From the NCBI GenBank assembly GCA_964016885.1, contig OZ024745.1, positions 82,460,001 through 82,524,000 of the forward strand: a stretch of DNA of 64,000 nucleotides. Reading direction: 5' to 3'. Under the pieces are notes generated by a model, which was not told where the DNA came from, made no database searches, and saw only the letters and a list, made by a program, of their open reading frames with translations. Source of the stretch: Eledone cirrhosa (Eukaryota). Position numbers and translations under genes: made by a program. This document shows positions 54,538 to 64,000 of the stretch, one piece after another (position 1 is the stretch's first letter; every line of letters begins with the position of its first letter).

Positions 54538-56245
54538 TGTTTATATATGAATGACAAAAAGAAAAGTACAAAACTATACATGAATTGTTTCTACTAAACC
54601 TTCAATTTAAGACACAACCTACATATTTGATAGAACTCCAGCTCACTTCTTCTTCTTCTTCGTCTTTTGCTCCCCCTGGAACATTGGGCTGCGAGCCACT
54701 CTCACACAACGCCATGTTCTGAGTCTGCTTTTCAACTCCACCGTGATGCACGGTGCGTCATGGTGTATCTAACCATTTTTTTAGGTCTTACTACGGCTGA
54801 TTTCTTCCAGAGAGAAAGAAAGAGATGGAAAAAGGCAGAGAAGATTCATCCCCGGAGGAATAATAAAAAATGTTTACACTTCACATTTCATTTTTTCAAA
54901 GCTAAAGCTGCCGATCCAAAATCAGTAATTCAACTCCCTGAAAACTTTCAAATATATGCTGTTCTAGCATGAATAGTATGCTAAGGATAAGCTGTCCACA
55001 AAGTAAGATTTACTTGCATATCCCCGCTCATATAAACACATAAATACATGCATACATACATTACAGTTGATATTTTTTTTTTTATTAAAGCGTTTTCATA
55101 TTATATATATATATATATATAATTTCCTTGCGTACCGTTTTGTACCACATATGCGATCTCACCCTGCTTCGTTAATGTCCTATCGACACCAAAGTCCAAC
55201 GTTCGGGCGAATAGATTTGAATCCAACCACCAACAACATAGCTGGATGACCGATAATCACACCAAACCGGAGTACTGTGATCCCTGTGATTTCCAAATAT
55301 ACAACCACTGACACTGTTACGAAGACCAGAAAACCATACTCCATATGTTGAACCAATTGATTGATTTGTGCGACCAAAATAACACCAAACACATATTGAA
55401 CTAGGAATACTGGATCCTCAGTCAATGTCCGGGTGAACAAAAATAGATTTCTATCTGCATTGGAATTTACAAACTTGCGCATCTGCTGTGGTGTCAAAAA
55501 CAAACGCACATGACCGCACAGATAAACAATGGACCATGCCACGTGGCTTGAACCCGTAAGTGAATTGAAGGTTCTGCAACTCTGATACACATATTATTTA
55601 TTATTGAGATGTATAAACTGGACATAACTATTATCATCTTATATTCTCTCAACGAATCACACTTGATCATATTTCTCTATCCTGTTTTCTCCCCCCATAA
55701 TTATTATATTTTTATTATTATTTGAAAAAATCGGTTTTTTACATTGTGTTTTCCCCTCCAAATATTCGCTTATATTTCTTTATATATTCTCTATATATAT
55801 TTTGTTATCTTTATTATTTCCACTTTTATCCTCCTTTATATTTTACCTTATTCTTACTTTTATACCTTATTATAGTGTAATCTTCCCCATGCCTTATTAT
55901 ACACTATTAATTATAGATTATTATTATTACTCTTTTTCCATTTCTAATTACCTCATGTAACTTCTCCTCCGCTATATATATATATGTATTGTACGCCCTT
56001 TGTGTTTGTGTAGCCTCTGCGCACCCTCTGCACCATACTATCGACGCCACCCCATCTATGGTTCAGCTAACCACCCGACTCCCGGGAATGAATATGACCG
56101 CAGCTAGTAAACAAGGATCCACACCCCACCCTCCCGCACCAAAATTAGACTTATCGTCCCCTACTTTTGCTCTTTGCTCTCTTTACTCTTTGTTCTTGAA
56201 TGTTTGGTTGGTAGAGTCCATAACACCAATCAAACCCCTTTTATA

Positions 56246-56290
56246 GCTCTGACGAACCCTACGGTTACGTAAGGAAGAAACATTGTTAGC
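56246..56290 (+). ncRNA. Hammerhead (intact core)
   Basis: GCT CTGACGA accctACG gtta CGTaaggaa GAAA CATTG T T AGC, followed by AATAAA and a short tail into TA-rich sequence. Confidence 0.72.
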
Positions 56291-56680
56291 CAATAAAAAT
56301 CTTTTGATGTTGTAGACACTCTTGTGTTCTTTTTCATATATGTATATATATCTGTATATATATATAGTGACGAAACATAAGTTAATTGCATGAACTCATA
56401 ATCCTTTATTCACTGCTTTATTTGTATGAAATTGTAAATAAGACAAAAGTATTAGAACAGGGGGAAATAACTCACCGAACGCGATAGTTTTGGGGCCCCA
56501 GGGACCACATTTTTGAAGTTAGAGATTTGAAACCTCATCTATTTGCTTCCTTGGCACTTTTTACATAGGTGTGTAAATTTCATGTCAGTCCGACCACGTC
56601 TACTACCATTTAACCGTACACATCTGAATTTCAACCACCACCCATTTCACAAATATATATTAGATATATATAAAAAAAAA

Positions 56681-57101
56681 TGCACTAGCAGCCGAAGTGT
56701 ATGAATGACGGAGTTATATCTATAGAAATACAGAATGTGTATCAGAAATTGTGTCAACATACATAAATATATACACATGTACATGTAGGCATGTAAACAT
56801 GCCAGAAAATTCGAATTTCCCTGTTATCAGAAAAAATGATAAACATCTTCATCGGATGTAATTGGACCTTCATCAGAAGATGTGTATATCATCCAATGAA
56901 TCATAAAGAAGCATGTATTTGATGCGTATATATACCCATTCGCTCTTAGTATTATTCTGGCATGGACATACTAATTTGCATTTAATTAGTACTCCTGTTT
57001 GGATTTTTAATTAAGATATATGTTTAGAAGTGCGCTAGCAGCGAAGTGTATGATAGTTATATTCGTATACATACAGAGTGTGGAACCGAGACTGCACCAA
57101 C

Positions 57102-57151
<50 letters not shown>

Positions 57152-57660
57152 TGTAGGCATATAAACATGCCAGAAAATACGAATTTCCCTGTAAAATGAA
57201 AAAAATCGTAAACATCTTTAATTGATTTTTGGATGTAATTGGATTCTAATCAGATGACGTGTATATCATTCAATCAACCATAAGGAAACATGTATTTGAT
57301 GAGTATATATATAGTGAAATTGCGTGGCTAAATGGTTAGAGAATTGGATTCACAATTGGATTCACAAGTTCGATTCCTGGACCGGGCAATGCGTTATGTC
57401 CTTGAGCAAGACACTTTATTTCACGTTGCTCCTTCTACCTGGAGTTGCGACCGATAGTTAGTATTAGCAATTGGAAAGACCAATAGAAACATTGTTTCCC
57501 CGGTCCGATTTGACGAAAGTCGATCGACTGTCATATATACCCATTCGTGATTAGTATCATTCCGAGATGGACGTAACATTTTACATATAATTAGCGCTCG
57601 TGTTAGTAATTAATTAGGTTTTATTAAGAAGTGCGTTAACAGCCGAGGTATATGATAAAG
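56681..57660 (-). repeat. ~350-bp tandem units, the first two with a decayed hammerhead
   Basis: Unit starts at 56681, 57031 and 57632 (a SINE sits in unit 2); HHR remnants at 56843-56883 and 57212-57260. Confidence 0.7.
57320..57532 (+). mobile_element. tRNA-derived SINE, family 2
   Basis: TGGCTAAATGG ... AAGTTCGATTCC ... TGTCCTTGAGCAAGACACTTTA. Confidence 0.85.
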
Positions 57661-58850
57661 ATACATCTGTTTCAATACATCTAGTAGTACATCTGAGGAT
57701 AATTTGACTGCGCTACATATTTTTCTCCCATTCCATAAAATGATTTAATATCACAGTCTCCGAATTACATAATAGGCCAACACACCCATACTTTATGACA
57801 CATTTAAAGCTATGATAATTATATACATAATTATATGACAAAGGACACACCACATGATAGAAATCTTACAGCCGAAACATGCTTACGACATCGCAATATC
57901 GATTTCTTTTTATTCGGCTGGAAGTTGTTATGGTTTTAGGTTAATTGAATCTACTCCAATATTGCTAATTCCTTTTATTCATCGACAACGGAATGACTAA
58001 GGCAAATTGTACCCAGTGGGATTTGAACGAAGAACATAATAAGATAATAAATATTGCTAAGTGTTTAGGTCAGAACCACTATCACTTCTAGCAAATCGAC
58101 AATGTCGATATGGTAATACCAACAATCTCGTGAACTAATCTATTTAAAGATAATCAAAAGCTAAATAAGCAATTATTAACAATATCTTAGATGTCATTAT
58201 TTCCCATTTTCCGTAAAAAGAAAAAAACAAAGAAACATTTTCTCATTTTGTGATGGGAAAATAGGAATAATTTATCCATAAACTTGTTAGCCTTACTATA
58301 TAGGTTGATTGAACCTATACAAAGAAACCCTTGTAGCACATATAGCTTTTATAACAGTCTTCTGCCAATGATTTAATATTATATTAAAAGTAAGCTTACT
58401 TGGGTTATTAACTTTTGAACCTCGTTAATAAACTAGTTCAATATTTATATAGTGAAAATAAATATGTATGTATTAGATTATCCTGCTAATAGTTCTTAGT
58501 CAATACGCTGGGATTTGATATCCAGAGCAGATGGTACTCTGCCAACACAACGTATGACAAATCCTTCCAGGTAGAAACTCATGGTTTTATGCCATCCCAT
58601 GTTTTATATATTAAAAAACTAACGAAACACGAAATTTTCAAGAAAGAAAAATATTTTAAAATTAGTAAAATCATGACTACCTCCTTCCTCCATCAGTAAT
58701 TAAAATCTCGCATGCTAGTAAAACATATAAAGCAGTCAGAAATATATTATTACAGCAATGTATAAAAGTAAGAAACAAAAATCATATTTAAACAGGGAAA
58801 TAAATTATTTTAGTGGGAACAGAACAAAAGAAACGAAAAACGAAACTTAC

Positions 58851-59355
58851 TACTAAATTTTCTATGTACAGCGGCTTTCATATTGTCTTCGTTCGTCTTT
58901 TCTTCCCCCTCCTCCTCTTGTTCTTCCGCATCATGATTTGTCTCTTCATCACCTCCTTTCTTTATTTGCTCATCTAATAAAATATCCGTAACTAAGGTTG
59001 TCTCTTCTGCTTTGGAATATTGGAAAGTACCTGTTAAAGTTGTACGATGCGGTGAACGTGGAGTGAAGTTATTTCTACTGCTAATTTTTGTTACTCCAAA
59101 TTTTGAAAGAAATGGTCGATGAGGCTGTTTTCCATTCCTAGATTCCACAGATTCGGCAAGAGGTTTTGATTCTAACTGTTTGCAAATTTGATTTACACGA
59201 CCTATCATTTTTGAGGAAACACTTGGTAAATTTCTATCATTTCTGGGAGACGAAGAAGGTCGAGGAGGTTTTGTACTCCTGCTTATTCGAGGATTCTCAG
59301 TAATCCTTACAGACTGTTTGACTTCTTCAAATATTTCTTCCTCTGAGATATTCAT
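58851..59355 (-). CDS. Candidate first coding exon of an unidentified host gene (disordered, S/R/P- and E-rich N-terminus)
   Basis: Non-repetitive 168-codon frame, ATG with A at -3 and upstream in-frame stops, acceptor TTGCAG before 59451, donor GTAAGT at 58850 (phase 1). Confidence 0.65.
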
Positions 59356-59733
59356 GATTCTTATTAGTTTGTGACGTAATACTCTACTTTAATATGTTTC
59401 AAATACGATTTATTTCCGATAGGACTGTTCCAACTATTTTCATTCGGTATGCTGCAATTGTGAATAAATAAATAAATTAATAAATAAATACACAAATAAA
59501 TAAATTAACACATAAACACAGAGACGGATACATAACCAAATTCTACGACTTACATCTATATACAGCATTCAGAAAATAGCTGTGCTAGGCAATGTAACCA
59601 TATTACGAAGAGTACTCTCAATACAACAGAAATAGTAACAGTAAATACAGCACGTGTCCAAGGCCCACAGATCTGTGATCGGTAATGCACTGCTGATAAG
59701 CAATAAAATTAAGACTATTAATAATAATAATAA

Positions 59734-59911
59734 TGTTCTACTTTTGGCACAAGGCCAGCAATTACCCCACTACATTACTGCTACTTTATTTTATCGACGC
59801 CGTAAGGATGAAAGGTAAAGTTAACCTCGGCGGGATTTGAACTCAGACCGTAAAGGGCCATAACTATGCTGCAAAGCAGCATGGTGTCTGACGCTCTACC
59901 GATACTGCCAA
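59734..59911 (-). mobile_element. SINE family 1
   Basis: Matches 21892-22076; adjacent to (TAA)n. Confidence 0.87.
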
Positions 59912-60229
59912 ACTAAATAATAAGGAACAGAAAATTATTTGAGAACGGCCCCTGGCTTACCATCACTGTAAGAAGTGCAAACATAGTTTTGACCGGTACG
60001 GCACACGTATTCAAAATAGCACTATCTCTGTGAGAATAATAATCCCCAATGTATTTTTTTTTACAAAACTTTATTTGATTATATTCCATAATTATGTAAA
60101 TTTTAAATAATTGAGCACTCTTATATGAATAATTAACAATCTGTTGTAAATATGATTTTAAATAGATAATGTGCACATGTATAAAGCAACTATGTGCTTG
60201 ACAACTATGTAAAGTGCTTGACGTGAACA

Positions 60230-60900
60230 ATCTGGTGTGTTTATTTCTGTGGCTTATCAATTTAACAGCGAGGGCCTCGGTTTTGAACAACATCGAGATG
60301 ATGCCGAACTGTCAGGCTCTTGCTTTGTATTGTGTCATTTCTTATGCATTTCAGTGCAGCTTCGACATCCGCCTGTGTGGCGAGTTCCACTTTGTGGATC
60401 TGTACTGAAATACTTCGAAAATGCAAAGTCCTTTGCGTTGTTCCTATTACTTCGTCCAGGAGGTTAGGTTTGCCCAGGATTTTTAACGCTTAATCAGCTT
60501 CCACACCTGGGCCAACTGCTGCTCCTTGTCCGAAATGCCCATCCCCTAAAAAATCTTGGTCTTTGCAGCCGCAGGAGCGAACGAGTTGCTGTTCACGTTA
60601 CTGTTGTTGCCGTTGCTGGCGATCACCTTTGTTCTATTGCCCTCCTTTATCTTTTCGTTGTTGTTGGTGTTGTTTTTATCCTTGTTGCTCTTGTTGGTGG
60701 TGTGTTGTCTTTATTGCAGTTGTTGTTGGTGTTGTTTTTATTATTGTTCTCATTTGTTTTCCCGTTCTTCTTGTTGGTGGTGTTGTCATTATTTCCGTTG
60801 TTACTCTTATTTATTTTTTGTGTGCTGCTGTTGAAGTTGTTGGTGATGGCGATATTGCCTAAGGTGGTGTTAGTGTTTGTAATGGTTGTGGGAGGTTGAC
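60230..60900 (-). pseudogene. Possible decayed LINE ORF1 (RRM-like) with N/Q-rich N-terminus
   Basis: Manual translation ...IHKVELATQADVEAALKCIRNDTIQSKSLTVR; stops and frameshifts. Confidence 0.35.
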
Positions 60901-61156
60901 AGATGACTTAACGGGATGGGTCTATTCCGTCCATATTTTATAAGACAAACAATTTTAAAAGAAAATATATATAAAGTTCAAATATTATGTAGAGTCCCAT
61001 CTTGAGTGCAAATACTATTATTTGAAACAAATAATATTAACAACATTAACAAATAATATTAACAACAAAATGATTTAAGCACGTTGAAATAGCAAACTTA
61101 CGGGGACTCACAATAGTACGTCTTTTCCTTCAAACAATAATAATGATAACAATGAT

Positions 61157-61259
61157 TTCAACTATAGGCACAAGACCAGCAATTCTGGGGATGGGAACGT
61201 CGATTAACTCGACCTCAGCACACGACTGGTACTTTATTTTATCGACCCCGTAAGGATGA

Positions 61260-61307
<48 letters not shown>

Positions 61308-61362
61308 TAACTCGACCTCAGCACACGACTGGTACTTTATTTTATCGACCCCGTAAGGATGA

Positions 61363-61427
<65 letters not shown>
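61157..61427 (-). repeat. SINE-core fragment duplicated with (TAA)n arrays
   Basis: ttaactcgacctcagc...gtaaggatgaatt(aat)n occurs twice. Confidence 0.8.
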
Positions 61428-61429
<2 letters not shown>

Positions 61430-61859
61430 CCACCTCCCCACCACATCCATCATCGCCGCCACCACTCATTCAATGCTACTGACACTATTCCCCTGTTAAC
61501 TTGAGAGAGAAAAGGGAAGGTGGTGGTAGCACTAGACAAGAGAGAGGCTAGCAAAAGATATAAATAGATTGACTTGGTGACCTTGCCACGGACAAACGTC
61601 TACATCAACAATTATGGGACTGCTGGCTCACCCCTTCCTCACCAACAATATAAAAAGCCCCGGCACCACCACCGACATAGCCAGCAGCAATAACAGCCAA
61701 CTACAACAAAAAGTATATTATATTATTGTAATGCACTGGGTGATTGCTGGCCTTGTCCCTGGAGTGGAGACAATTATTAATAATTTCATTCTTAAGCCAC
61801 GCAATGCTCACATTAAGGTACCACTCATGATAATAACAATTTAAAAAAAACAACAAAAA

Positions 61860-64000
61860 GAAAACCCCGTGACCAAGAAATACCGGGATGGCGGCCGGCG
61901 GGGAATAGCCATGTCTCTAGGGGAGAACGACCCCTCTAGTCTTGGTTGACACTCGTTCTAGAAGTGGTAACACGAAAAGATTACCCCTTGGCGGTTAAGG
62001 ATAAAACGCGACAAAATAAGGTAGATGTCTAATGATGAAATCTCATACCGGATCGGCCGTCACCCGGGTAAAAAAGGGCCGCGTCCCTCAGAGAGGAACC
62101 AGACTGGGGTCGAAAAATCAGCTAATGGTTCAAACCTTCCCATCACTTCGGAGCTGGAGACCTCCCATAACCGGAATACTCCTACTGTTGGCCCTCCATG
62201 CTCACCACCAAGAAATCCAAAGAAAAAGAGAGAAAAATGGTCAAGGGAAGATAATAAAGAAGTCCTTGAGGCTTTCTACACTGCCATGTACTACCCATCA
62301 AATACATCGAATACAGAGCAAACATATATCAACTGGAAAAAGAAACATCCCGAAAACAGAGGCTATATTGACAGTAACAAACTAGCCAATATACGAAGAA
62401 ATATTGTAAGAAAAAAGTTACTAACTGATATAGAAATTGATCAGATCAAGCTAGTAGCACAAAGTCAGCGAAGGGAAAATGAAGCATGTGTCAGTGAAAA
62501 CGAGGTAAACTGTAACACTTCGAATCCCAGAGTTGGGGCGGAATCACTGGCAACAGAACAAATTAAAGAAAGGAGCGAAAAAGTGGAGGGAGTGCATGCT
62601 CAGGATGAAACTCCAAATGAAAATAATGAGATCGTAAATGATAAAGAAATGAATGAGAATGAACTTGCCAACTTGAAGGATGAAATTATGATCGAATGGA
62701 TGAAAATGAAAGAATCTGACATGGGGGAACGAGACACCCTCCCTAAGATCCAGAACTCCAAACAGAACCAAAAGATAATACACAAGACTAACATAATTCT
62801 CAAAAACATTATCATCACAAACAAAATAAACATTACTGACTTAAATCATCTCTATTATGCATCGGCTAAAGTCACCACTCACTTATGTGGAGTGAAGATG
62901 AAAAAACAAAGGAATTCCCACAAGAAATCTACTTGGCAAGATAACATCAATCGCCAAATAAACCTTCTCCGATCTGACATAGAAATTTTAACAAACTATA
63001 AAGTAGGTGAACATGTTAAACAAACTAAACTTAGAAAATTGAATAAAAAGTACAGTATAAGATCAACATGTGACATAGACATGCTGATAGAAACAATCAA
63101 GCAAAAAGTGTCGGCCAAAGCTGCTCGTATAAGGCGCTTTGAAAAACGATCTAGATTCTATAAGGACAATAATATGTTCAAAAACAACCAAAGAAACTTC
63201 TACAGAAAAATTGGTAAGTCAACAATAACTGCTAAATCAATACCACCCAAGGAGGAAGTGCAAGAATTCTGGGAAAAGATCTGGGCCGAAGAAAAAGTTC
63301 ATAACATACATGCCCCATGGATAGACAGACAAATGAAAGAAACAGCTCACCTTGAAGAACAAACATGGGAAAATATAACAGTTGAACAGCTGCGCTTGGC
63401 TCTAAGAAAAACCAGCAAATGGAAATCCCCAGGAAAAGACAAAATACAAAACTTTTGGATAAATGCCTTCACAGAGTCTCATGAGCTGTTAGCCCAACTT
63501 TACAATGAAATAGTTAAGGAGCCAGAAAAGATACCATCATGGCTAGTTAACGGCATTACATTCCTGCTACCGAAGAATGATGAGACAAACAATCCCAAAA
63601 ATTACAGACCGATAACCTGCTTGACCACAATGTATAAAATTTTAACATCAGTCCTAACTGAATACACATATGACCACCTGATAACAAATGACCTATTTCC
63701 CATTGAGCAGAAAGGGTGTAAACGGGGCTCATATGGCTGTAAGGATCAGCTTCTGGTTAACAAAATGATACTGGAAGATTGTCATAATAGACACAAAAAT
63801 CTATCGATTGCTTGGATAGATTATAAAAAAGCATTTGATAGTTTGCCACACAGTTGGATTGAAAAATGTTTAGAGATTTTCAAAATATCCCCCGTTGTCA
63901 GGAGGTTTTTGTCATTCAGTATGAGGACATGGAGAACGACACTCCTTTTGAATAGTGAAACAAAATCACTGGAAGCTGGAGAAGTTAACATTAATTGTGG
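61860..64000 (+). mobile_element. R4/Dong-clade non-LTR retrotransposon, 5' part
   Basis: GC-rich structured 5' UTR followed by a single long ORF. Confidence 0.88.
62025..64000 (+). CDS. R4/Dong-type polyprotein (N-terminal Myb-like region + RT), runs off the window
   Basis: ATG 62025 is in frame with REKWSREDN..FY, KWKSPGKDKIQNFW, NYRPITCL, EQKGC..GCKDQL and AWIDYKKAFDSLPHSW; absence from the ORF track is consistent with no stop before the window end. Confidence 0.9.
   Translation, partial: MSNDEISYRIGRHPGKKGPRPSERNQTGVEKSANGSNLPITSELETSHNRNTPTVGPPCSPPRNPKKKREKWSREDNKEVLEAFYTAMYYPSNTSNTEQTYINWKKKHPENRGYIDSNKLANIRRNIVRKKLLTDIEIDQIKLVAQSQRRENEACVSENEVNCNTSNPRVGAESLATEQIKERSEKVEGVHAQDETPNENNEIVNDKEMNENELANLKDEIMIEWMKMKESDMGERDTLPKIQNSKQNQKIIHKTNIILKNIIITNKINITDLNHLYYASAKVTTHLCGVKMKKQRNSHKKSTWQDNINRQINLLRSDIEILTNYKVGEHVKQTKLRKLNKKYSIRSTCDIDMLIETIKQKVSAKAARIRRFEKRSRFYKDNNMFKNNQRNFYRKIGKSTITAKSIPPKEEVQEFWEKIWAEEKVHNIHAPWIDRQMKETAHLEEQTWENITVEQLRLALRKTSKWKSPGKDKIQNFWINAFTESHELLAQLYNEIVKEPEKIPSWLVNGITFLLPKNDETNNPKNYRPITCLTTMYKILTSVLTEYTYDHLITNDLFPIEQKGCKRGSYGCKDQLLVNKMILEDCHNRHKNLSIAWIDYKKAFDSLPHSWIEKCLEIFKISPVVRRFLSFSMRTWRTTLLLNSETKSLEAGEVNINC

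Overview
AT-rich, microsatellite-dense animal genomic DNA, most likely from an octopod cephalopod (inferred from the tRNA-derived Nin-core SINE and the repeat landscape, not verified). The window is dominated by Penelope-like retroelements (PLEs; RT plus C-terminal GIY-YIG) of several families inserted into (TA)n tracts, many with inverted pseudo-LTRs. Their 3' regions and many solo fragments carry about 30 recognisable minimal type-I hammerhead ribozyme (HHR) motifs, roughly 10 with an essentially intact core. These include a recurrent U3-A8 (UUGAAAA) core variant and forms with very long stem II. Fold-back palindromes often break at the HHR, and a GAGYRCT motif recurs shortly before the (TA)n end. 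Also present: a near full-length L1/Tx1-type LINE in (ATT)n, an open R4/Dong-type LINE running off the right end, an RTE fragment, a hAT-like remnant, Helentron-like elements, two SINE families, a 3x1558-bp tandem amplification and two candidate exons of an unidentified minus-strand host gene. All RNA structures were folded by eye.
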